Assembly (NCBI GenBank): GCA_965285935.1
Contig: OZ260662.1
Span: 35,030,001-35,094,000, forward strand
Reading direction: 5' to 3'
Length of the DNA: 64,000 nt
Source of the DNA: Ophelia neglecta
Lineage: Eukaryota
A program made the position numbers and the translations under genes. Shown here one piece after another: positions 52,801 to 64,000 of the stretch (position 1 is its first letter; the number at the start of each line of letters is the position of its first letter). The notes under the pieces were generated by a model that was not told the origin of the DNA, searched no databases, and saw nothing but the letters and a program-made list of their open reading frames with translations.

Positions 52801-55800
52801 TTCTGTTGCTTCCATCTGTTTTTGGTCCCCGAGTCGGAGCTGGGCAATCCATCATTTTCACTGTCAGGGCTGCCCAATCGAGTGAAAACTGCTGTCCTCG
52901 CGAGAAAGAGGTAAAAGAAACGACTCTAGGTAACCAGAAACGAGGCTTCCAATCCTATGTGGCCATGTTCAGCCCTCGCAACTATGTCCTTAAGCTCCAC
53001 ACAAAAAAAAAACCAGATACTTGCATATTACGATTGTCGTTGACAATACACTACTTCTTACTGAACATGTCTATGACTGAGAAGCACTTTATTTATGTTC
53101 TCGACTATTACAATTAATTCTACAAATCTAAATTGAGCAAGTTTCTGCACTTGCTTACTCATTATATTTCATGTTTAATCCATAAAATTAATGAACCATT
53201 AATCAAGCTACGTTCGTAAGAACGAGCTGTTATCAAATCGCAAATCGTCAGCCAGATGTTTTGTTTGGTATCAAACACCAAACATTTTATAATATCTCCC
53301 GTGCAATCTTAAACCCTGGTTAAATCAGCTACTGCATTGGAGTATTGGTTTCGCTCGTGCTCGTTTCAACACGCCTCAAACTTCAAAATGCCTTTCTCTT
53401 TGATCGAAAGCTTAAGTGATTAAATTGAGAATTAGATGTGATCTAAATTACCAAGAAGCCGTAGGTATTGTTGCAGATATCACTGCTTTGAATGCTTATC
53501 CCATTGAATGAACGTCAAAGAACAACAGCCTGGCTTGGTCTATTATTGGCGCCACTCTCTTGCTGCACAGCCTCCCTGGTCGTCTGCTTCAGCGTCGGGC
53601 CAATCTGCGATGGGGTCGCGCACCAGAAACGAGGCATCACTCTCTTCTGCCTGGCTGGCTTCTCTCATTATATCCCGCCCGACAGCCCCTAAATCCAATA
53701 GCGTACAAATCTAGCTTATGCCGAATATTCTGATTTCCTCAAATATGATTTCTTTTCTGCTAGGCCCTATGAAAATTTCCTGCGTATGCTGAGATAAAAC
53801 GAGTTTCGCTTCCCATGCGATTTGGCGGTCGACTCTGAGCAAGAAAATGAGCTTGTAATGTTATTAAGAATTCTTCCATATTGGGAAACCAACATGAAAT
53901 CAACATGAAATGAACATTATGAAATTGAGTGCTTCCGCGACATGACATGTACAGTTTTCTCATTCCAAGCTGTCAATTTCAGATACCAGCGCAATTTTTC
54001 TTAGTTTGCATGCAAGTGAATGTATCTGTGCAAGGTTTAAAACAGTTCGACTCAATGCAACCCACTTGTATTTTTTATTGTAAAAGTAAGTTTCTGCTCG
54101 ACTCTGTTCAATTTAAAATTCTAATCCAATTTCTTTCAACAATTCCTATATTGTAAGACATTCTGCGTTCTGAAGATGGATTGCTAATGAAGATATGGGT
54201 TGTCAGGGACAGAATAACCTTCTTTAATAGATGATCATCCTCTTAGGACTGTTTTAGCATGGGCGAAATTATGCGTAAAATCTGCTGACGAGATCGCTGG
54301 CGGGCAAGAGTTGGAGGATGCGAATTTTATACATAGATACTGTTTCAATAAGGAGTGGATTGATAGCCGGCCAACTGATGTGATATTAACATTTGTTTAA
54401 TTGGAAATGTATCTTCAAAACATAAATCAGTTGTATTAAGCCACGCCTTGTAATTGTTAGTTGTGAATGAGGCATTAACAATTTTTTCAATGGCTTATTG
54501 GGCTATATTAAATATAAATATACATTCTCTCCAAGTCAGGGTTTAATGATTACAAATTATGCCGGGTATGCCATTTATTTGCCGCAGTGTACATATGGCT
54601 TTTGTACTATATTTTTATTTGGGTAAAACTTTAATATCATATTTTCCTCGTTAATTCAATCGAATGACTGTTTTGTGTTGTGGCATGAAACCACCGTTTG
54701 TAACCCTAATCATTGAGAATACAAAGCATTTAACTTGGTCCATTGTATTTGACAACACTTTTTGTTTCTTATTGAAATGTTAGCTTCCCAGGGTTTCATT
54801 CATTTAAAAAAATATGAATGAATGAGGACAATAAGACATAGAAAACTTTCTGGATAGCTGTCTGTCTACAGTAGAGTCTTGAACTGAAACCAAAGCACTT
54901 TTGCAGCCACAAGAGAATTATCTGAAGAGAGGATCAATAGAACCTCAGCTGTTTTATCGATTATGTTACTGCCTTCACATCAATTGATAATTTGCACACG
55001 TGAACGAAACCACGAGCCTAATTTGTAGACAGTGTACCTGCATTGATAAACAAAAATAATTTTCACCATTGTTGTTAGGTTTATGATTAGTCTGTATATT
55101 ATAGAGTAGGCCATGTACACTTCTCGATAAATGTCGTTTTCCAACAAGCGGTTGATGAACTTTTATATATGACAGCACAAATTGGGCTATGTATCCTTCA
55201 GGGCGAGTTTGAGCAAGTTTATCCCTTTTAATACGCTTAAATCCAAGTTACAGTCCAAATATATATCCCCATTGTCCTGCATTCTATTTATTTCTGAATC
55301 TCCTTGTGAAGGACCCAATGCACGATAGTATTGGCCGCCAAAGTCCTATATAAAACCGATAGCTTAATGGTTCAAGCCCTTAAATTAGGCGCTTTAGAAA
55401 TGTGTCTTTTCAATCAAGTATTTACTCTTAGACTAAGTTGATCAAAGCGCCTTTAATGCCACCGACAACTCATAAACAGAAGAATATGCACGGAAAATGG
55501 CAATTGAAAATGTATAACATGTGTCCTGAAATTTCCAGGTGGTCAAACAGCATATAGAGGCCGAACTAAAAATATTTTATATGGTCTATATGCGAAACGA
55601 CTTGATATTTAGGCGAATTGAACGGTTCGAACGTGGATGGAAATTTGAAATATTTAAGCCTCATTATAACAAGATTTGGGTGGACAACGAGGCCTATTTG
55701 GTGGGACACATTGATGGCTGTGGCAGAGGTCAACTGTCTTAAGGCGAACGGTTGTCACTAACTACGTGGTTTCCATGGTGAAACGAGCTCTCAAAGAGAA

Positions 55801-58800
55801 ATATGTAGACAATGATATTAATGACCGGTCTTTGAAGGGGGTTTTCGGTCGTCCGTTCCTCTCATAAAAACAATTTGCTTCAGCAGGTAATTCAAATCTG
55901 AAATAAATGCACGCTGACTTTTTGTTAGGATTGTCCAAGCCTTGCTATCTATAAAGAAGAAAGTTGTCCTGGATATCAAAAACAAAATTATAAAATAAAA
56001 TGGAATCTGAAATGTAGGCCGTACATTTATTCGCCTAATACATCGACTAAGCGATGGTCTGACTCGATTATTGCTTTGGGTTTACCTTATGCCTCATAAT
56101 AGTTGCCTTACATAAATAGCCCATACAATGACACATTATTCACCCTGTACGGCACGCTTTTTATGAAAACTGTTATAAGGATAGAATAAAGACTTAATCT
56201 GCAAAGTAAAATACCAATTGTTCATTTTAAAAGAGAAATATAGCCTTCCAGTAACCCAATCCTAAACCAATTAACTTGCTCGGGCGGGCCAATCACCCTG
56301 ATCTGTCCCGTAAATCGTTCTGTGATTATTAACATAAGCTTGGTGGTGTAAAGTTTCATAAATGCAATCGAGTCAGTGAAAATAAAACACCAGATTAAAT
56401 TCACATTGAGGCTGGGCGTCGTACGATACAATAATAAAGGTCAGTGGTCACCTGCTTGATTTCTTTGTAGCTATCCCGAACAAAAAGCATTTTTTGTCGT
56501 TTTGAAACAACTTGATTGCACGAGGCATGCGTACAATAGAGAGCAAGTTTTCTTTAGCAAATCATGACTTTTTATTCAATAAAATAGCATCTATAATTAT
56601 ATTTCTTATATCCTATATTCAAATCTAAAATATTTGATTTAAGTTGTGCTCATTTTCTATCACAAAACATGTGACTTTAATTAACAGTTTTGCCAATGAA
56701 ATCGAATTGAAAAAAGATGCCATGCACAGCCGTTAGCTTGCATGAAGAGTATATTTTATATGTATTGTACAGATATGTACTTTATAGGCCTTTAGTCCTG
56801 TACTAATATGCATGTAGTGTCGTTAAATTCTCCTCATAATCACATGTTTTAGATTGTCTACGTTTTATCCTAAAAAGCGTTGAATAAAATAAATCACTAG
56901 ATCATGTCAATGTTTACTCTGTTTGCTTCTGGAACTAACTATAGAAGGCATATCACTCAACAGGCCTATGTCCACTCATAGGTCTGCCTTTAGATGCTGG
57001 ACTTTACACATTCCCAACATATTGCGCCTTGTTCTTGAATAGAAATCCATAGATGATATGGTGTAATTTTACCAAGCCGAAGGGGTTTGGTGATATTGCC
57101 CCGGGGGTGGGGGGATCAGCATGCCACCCCAACACTAATTATGATGTTTTGCTAGTGCCCTGCAGCTCAACATGACACCTACGTGTCACCCAAAGGCTTT
57201 CGTGGCCTTCAATAATAGTGACCACTGTCCATAAAATTATATTATCATAATTATTGTATGGCTGTCAGGTTACGCTTCTGCCTCAACCTGATTAGCTGTG
57301 AATAATTCAATAAGAATTCAGATAAATATTTCGACTAAATTTTAATCAAACAATGAAATGACTATGTGGCGTATAGAGTTTCCTGACACACACTGAATGC
57401 AGTGATATAGTTTGTGACAACACAAAAAGATGACACGCACTGGACAGAAAATGTCACAATTGTGACTGACTACGTATCGAGCAGTATGCAATTTAAATTG
57501 ACCTACAGAGAGCAATATTTTTGAATAGAGAAAAAATATGGTGATCAGAAAGCATGGATAAGAGCAACACAAAGATCTATATTAATATAGTTATTTCATT
57601 TCATGTCCTGGGGCCTGTAAAATTCAGTTCAATCACATTTTGCGGTATTCATATTTATTAACGTTAGTATTCCATTGTAAGGTACCGAGACAATTAATGT
57701 ATGGAAGCCGATATTAGCATAGTCCTAATGGTTTGTTTTGTAAACATGCACAGGCCAATAAGTCGACCCTTGGTGCACGGTGAATAACGATATATAATCG
57801 AATATTCACACACTGCAATTTCGACGAGGGTCTAGACGATTAAAATAAAAGTTTTATAGGTCTAGCGTCAAACGAAAAAATATTTATCCATTTTAAAGCA
57901 TGCGAGATTAATTTCGAGCCAACACTGAATATTAATTTTTCGTTCTGTCTTTGCAGGGATAACATACAGTAGTCCGTCCTTTTGCGTTTGAATTTACGAG
58001 GAAAATTGTGTATATAGTTGTGTGAGCGAAGACCCGATAATCAGCTAGAGAACCCCAGCCTGGGGTTAATTCCAAAACGACTATTTCTGGCGCAGAAATT
58101 TCGTTTAGGGCTGCCCACCTAATTGAACTTGTCAGACGACAGACGCCAGATGGCTTCCGAACAACATGGCTGCCCATCTCAATTTTCCACGGCTGGGATT
58201 AATGCGATAATTTTCGAGGAAAGTGACAAGATATTTTGCAATGCTCGCCTTGAAACATGCAATTTTCAGCTTCCTGGAATAGGCATTTGAAGACAGGGAG
58301 AGCGGTGAAATATGCTTCTGGGAGCAGATCGTTTGCTTGGGTGGCCGGCCCACCGCCGTGGACGTGTTACATAATGACGGCAAAGTGGTAGTTTTTGAGG
58401 AATTTGACAGCGAATTACAGCAACAGAAAATTGGGAAAACGTGCCGAATATGGTGAATGAAGGAGGAAGCAGACGGGCACAGGAACAGTCCGATTAGATT
58501 CATTACGGCAGCGAACATGACTATCAAGCCATATTCTTCTCGTCGTAACAACAAAATGGCAATTTTGCTGGAGTATCGCCAGTCCGATTGCTCCGAAGAA
58601 CACGAATTTGTTGATGCCTTTGTAGCATTAAAATGTCATTTAATAGATATTGTATACCAGGGTCTTTGGAAATAAATCGATGTAAAATGTGCATATCTGC
58701 TAATGGGATTTTATCAATTAAAGGCCTAGATTGTTCTGGCCGGCCCTGCAAGTGTATATCTATATTATATATATATACGCTAGTTCCATGCGTGCTCGGT

Positions 58801-61800
58801 CAAATCAATTTGAAACGATTTTTTAATATTAAAATATCTTTAAATTTGAGCGTAAAATACTGGGATTTTTGCATAAATCTTGCAACAACATAATATATTT
58901 CAGCCTAATGAATTGAAATAATTAATAACAATGAAATTTGAGCCTTTTAACTTATCCAAGATAAATGTAGTTTAGTCAACTACCTATATAGGTACCACAC
59001 ATGCCACATCTATTTAGGACACATTGCCTCATTCAATCTCTAATGTCGAACCGGCTTGAAAACAACTACCAATTTAGGGATTTTAATAATGATAGGTCTA
59101 GATTTTAACTCTGCCCAGGTGTCCAAATTGCCTGTCCTGTTATGGCCGTATTTATTTCATAGTCCAGTAAACCTATTGATTGGGGCGAAGTTTAGGTTAT
59201 TATGCCTGCAGGGCTGTTCCCATGACCATTTAGTTAATTTAGCAGCAGTAGCTCCCTCGTTGTCTTAAAATATCAGTATTTCAGTTGGTGGATTCTTGCG
59301 GCCACCGGAAAAATGTCGAAACTATTTTTTACTGGCTGTAGCCGTTGCTTACTGTGCTGCGTGTATGTCGTACAGCTGCTGGTAAATATTTTAAATATAC
59401 TGACGACAGATATGAATCATTCGTACCAAACGGCTCTAAACTGCCCATTATTCTTTGTCAAATATGTTTTGAATCTGACATTTATCGTATACAGTGTACA
59501 GATATACCAGCCTCTTATTTCGTGTACAATTAAGCGACCTGCGGTATTTTTTCGACACCGATAACAAATATGATGCTGATCGCTTACATTTGGAAAACTA
59601 ATGAATGAAAGCATATATTTTTGTGTCGGATTTTAAATTGCGACATTAATTTCTTGTCTTTGGAGTGGCATAGCCTAACATTTTCCCAAATTTTAATGTT
59701 AAGGCATCAACACAAATTTCAAATAATTGTATGGAAAATGTATCAACATATCCGAGCCTCTACATGGAAAACAGGACTGAGTATTTGTTCTAAAATGTTC
59801 CTATTTTATTAACAAAGGCGGTATAATAAATTATGTCTAGAAAACTATATTTACTAAATCGCATGAAATGATATTGAGCGTTAGATATCAAGTCACTTTG
59901 TGTCTATCACTGTCTATAAAACAATATTTAATCATGGAAGTGTGGGTCTGCACAAACATACCTACGCTCTGTGGGTCAGCTTAAGGGTCAACCTGCTTCG
60001 ATCTAAGCCCTATTAAATGACGTGTGATCGATTCCAAGATGGCGGCCGGTGGTGTTGATATTTGCAGCTTTTGCCAGGGCGACACGTATTCCGCCGTCGA
60101 TCGGCTGTCACAGCAGTTGGTCCGAGTATTATAATATTCCTGCGTATAGCCGCGGGTTTGGATATCTGTCCGAACACGATCCGTACCAAGCTCGCTCTCT
60201 CACATACTAACACGACCTAACGCTAATTGAGCCACAAATATTGGTCTATCGTCTACCAAATTATCACTTTTTGACCCAGAATTTCTGCCGACAACCCTAG
60301 TTGTTACTGTCCACTCTGTCGCCGCTAGTAACAAAATAGTCTCACTCCGGAAAGCACTCTTCCATCCGTTTCTATGGAGATACTCCGATGAATAGGAGCA
60401 AGAAAATTACATTACATCACTGACTGATGGTGCAAGCAGACATTTTCTCAAATTACCATTTGATTTCCAGCAAATTCCTCCCTGGAAGTTATAATAACCA
60501 CTAAAATTTACCAGAAATACAGAGAACTATCCTACACGTCCGCCCTGCGCAGCATACGACTAGAAAATAGCACAAATTCGATCCGAAATACAAAGCCAGC
60601 TCTCCCTTTCAATTTCAAAGAATAGAATTCGCCAAAAGGAAACAGTTTGTAAAGAACACTTTGTGTGCACTGTTTCCCTCTATGGAAAACATTACATGAA
60701 TATATTGCCCAAATTCAGCCGCGATAACAATGGCCAATGTGTATAATGGCAATGCACAGATGTTGTAGTAAATAAGATTGTGAAAACCGGTCTATGATAA
60801 AGCCCGCCATTCAGTAATTTAGGTTGATGTCTATTATGTTCTTTCGGGTTCTCTCAAGCACATATAGATATAGTAGCTTGAACAAGGATAATGTACAAGC
60901 CGCACATTTACTATGTTGCTTTTATTTAATGCACAAAATCACTGCTTTCGCTCGTAACAGTACCCATTGAAAACTCTCTGAAAGCCCCAGCTACTTATTT
61001 CATCAATTTCTATACCTGGTTTACCCAGAGCCGTGATTGCTTACAGTCATTGAAGGCCGAGTCATGAAAGACCCAGTAATTGCATGTTTGCGATTATATT
61101 GATCCAATGCCAGGATTGCTTCTGTTTCATTTTCCTCTGTTTTTGTTTCTCACCCGCATGCATAAAATCATCAAATTAGCCAAATACGTAGCTTTATCAT
61201 AATATTTTCATACCATGATCTGTCCCTCGCCTCGCTACCAGTATTTTCAAACTAAACATTTCAGACATAACAGTTGCATTTGCATATTTTAATTAAGGCC
61301 ACACAGAGGGCTTTTAAAAATAGCAAGATTCAGTAGCAATTTGCAAACAAATGGGGGCTTTTGGGACAAGTGGCCCCATCGGACCCTCTTGATGAGGGGT
61401 AAAATGGCTCTTGTCCTAGTTCAATTACCTGTAAGAGGTTGCTAGACCCTGTTGGAGATGGTTTAGATACTTTGAAGGGGAAACAGCGCGGTACTCTCAA
61501 AGTCAGGGACATAGAGGTTAATATTTAGGCAAAAGGGGAGCATTTTGTTCAGGTTGACATTGTCAAAAGAATGACAGAATTATTCTAGGGAAGTATTCAA
61601 ATGTTGGCTTCTTTATAAGAAAAGTGATATATGATTTTGAATTAAATAATCAAAGCGTTTTATTGGTAGTGAAATCTATTGTTTAGTCTAATTAAAATTT
61701 GGCTACCACTGACCCTGAGCAGATCCATGATAAGTCCCGTTGAGACTTAAGAAGGAGGGTTGAAATTCCTTTATGTAGTCATATTTACCATGCATTCTCT

Positions 61801-64000
61801 TACCATGAGTGGTTGAAAGCCGATTAAGAAACCAGGATGAAAGGAAATAGATGGGAGGTATTCAGCTGGAGAGGACCACAGGTGCGAAAGGACGGGCCCT
61901 TCCTTTAAGTTGACCCCTCTCCACACAGCATCACATCCCCGGTTACTTCACCCAAATCGGGTTTAATTTGTCAGGATCTCGGGTCAGTTTCCCCCAACAT
62001 CAAACAGGATATACAAATATTAACAAGGTTTTGTCCAGTTAAGTTTTCCATTTGGTGTTTTTACTCCCAGACGACAAACGTGAGTTCTGGCTAAGAAAAC
62101 ACATTAGACTCAGGTGTTCAGGCAGTGATTCTGATGTGCGTGTGGTCTAAAAGCAAAATATCCCAGCATCCTTTCATAGACTTTTTTTGATTTACAAAAA
62201 TAGGGACAAAGGGCGAAAGGCAGGCAAGAAATTTCAAAATAACACCCGACATGAAAGAGAGAATTTGATCGGTCAAAATCATACTCCCAAGTAGCCTGGG
62301 ATGAAATACTCGTTATTTTCTATTATACATCATAAAAAAGTCATAGACATGTATAGACGCCAGCCATTTATTTGCTCCCTTACTGTGTGACTGTAGGCCC
62401 CTCTTAACAGGGAAAGGAAGCGCCTTCCGGTGCTCGCTGCGACGACAGGTTCAGCTCTGAATTATTAAAACAATGTGGTTTATAACAACAAAAGATTATC
62501 TCGAATGCGAAAAGAATATTCCTGCAGTGATTAAGAAAATAAATCATGCCTCTTCTGCACTCGATGGCATACGTGTTACATGTATTGTTTGATCATCTAT
62601 TCAGTGATAGGGGTTGTTATGTGTATACGAATGGGCAATTCTATTCTTAAAGTCCTTGGATTTAATAAACCCAAGCACTAACAGAGGATGAGCTATTCAC
62701 AATGTTTTTTTCTTTCTGTTCATAGATTTTGATTCGTGCTTCAATTGATAGCACAATGATATGCAAATAATATATAGGCCAATCACATAATGTTTCGCCA
62801 CTTATTCATTAGACACATGATACTCCAGCCCACTTTATCCAAAGTGGTTTATGTCAGCAGGGATGTCCTCCACTCGAAAACGTGTTGATAAAACTAGTCT
62901 CAACCTAATCTTCTTAATCCTGTAATGCCCAGAAGCGATGAGCCGTGATCGAAGCTAACATTAAGCAAGGGTGCAATCTGCCAAGCCGTTGGCGAAGATT
63001 TATGTCGACTAGCTCGTCGCTTTTAATTTCCTTAACGACTTTGGCGAGGAGAGGCAGACCATGAGGATGATGATTGCCGGCGGAGGAGAGGAGATTAATA
63101 GCACCGAGATCGACTAGGTGTTATGGATATTAATATTGGGGAATTACGTGTGATTGCGGCGAGTTGACACGCGTGCTAGGGGGTAGTAGAAGTGTCAGAG
63201 GTCTCGGCCGGACACAAGAGGCCAATTATGGTCGACACTGCGAAGCCTCTGGACGCGGATTTTCTCTCGGAAATTGTCTCTGCTAAACAGGGGATGATGC
63301 CTCGGGACTGCTTACATGAAAATATAATTTCTCATATCAACCATTTTCGCATTCAGTATTTCGTTGTCTAGTTCATCCTCAAATAGGGGTGCGTGTGTAT
63401 GGGGGGGGGGGGTATCATAAGAATCCAAATAATAGATACTACGCAAAGATTATGAAATACTTTCAAACAATTGCAAACTCTGTGGCGACATATTAGCGGA
63501 GACAGTTATTTATCTAGCAAGCCCATTGATATCGGATTTTGAAGATGGCTGCTTATAGTGGTTACTATCTGCCTCCACATCTGGTAGAGTTCTCATGATA
63601 CTGTCACTGTCTTGTCAGGCGCTGATATAAACACACAATGAGGAAGATCGCACCAGGATTACTCTAAAGAGCATTGCACTTAATCTGTGTCATTCAAATT
63701 AATTTCAGCGAAAATGCATTGATTAAGCATTAATTTGGCAGTAAGCACGTCCATTATTATTCCCATTGATTCATGTCCCATGTGGCAGCCCCACCACATT
63801 TGCATATTATTCTTAGTAGGGAGTGTGCCCAGACCCTATTTTATTCTATTCACTTCCTGGATCACTGGACAATAGCCATTGATATTATATTAAAAGCGAA
63901 GTACGAGTGAAACATGCAGGTATAATGCCAAAGGAACTCTTGTACGTATATCTGATGTATACATTCTTAAGCAGTAATAACCATATTAATAAGATGTGTG

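Noticed and set aside
62753-62768. ACAATG-AT-ATGCAAAT as a Sox-POU composite site
   Set aside because: The Sox half is inverted relative to the canonical CATTGTNATGCAAAT. With a single occurrence, chance cannot be excluded.
51124-63412. Poly-C (51124-51137) and poly-G (63401-63412) runs
   Set aside because: Simple homopolymers with no associated structure.

Overview
AT-rich animal genomic DNA, probably from an invertebrate bilaterian (a lophotrochozoan is my guess, not demonstrated). Only one protein-coding gene is well supported: an intronless SoxB1-class HMG-box gene (Sox1/2/3, SoxNeuro-like) at 18315-19295 (+). It has a GC-box/CCAAT promoter and a long 3' region. The other ~62 kb is a gene desert with many short CpG-rich, motif-dense islands that look like developmental enhancers, two copies of a TA-flanked Tc1/mariner-type MITE, and a few simple repeats. 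Three leads stand out. (1) An in-frame CUG in strong initiation context lies 8 codons upstream of the AUG and may give SoxB1 a non-AUG N-terminal extension. (2) A coding-like reading frame is hidden in the proximal 3' UTR, including a 225-nt phase-0 exon-like unit (TAG|...|GTGAGT) that could supply an alternative C-terminus. (3) A downstream module carries three TCF sites and a perfect Mad/Medea/Schnurri BMP element, with a cluster of symmetric ETS, E-box and Sox pairs nearby. All regulatory calls are motif-based inferences read by eye; no alignments or database searches were run.
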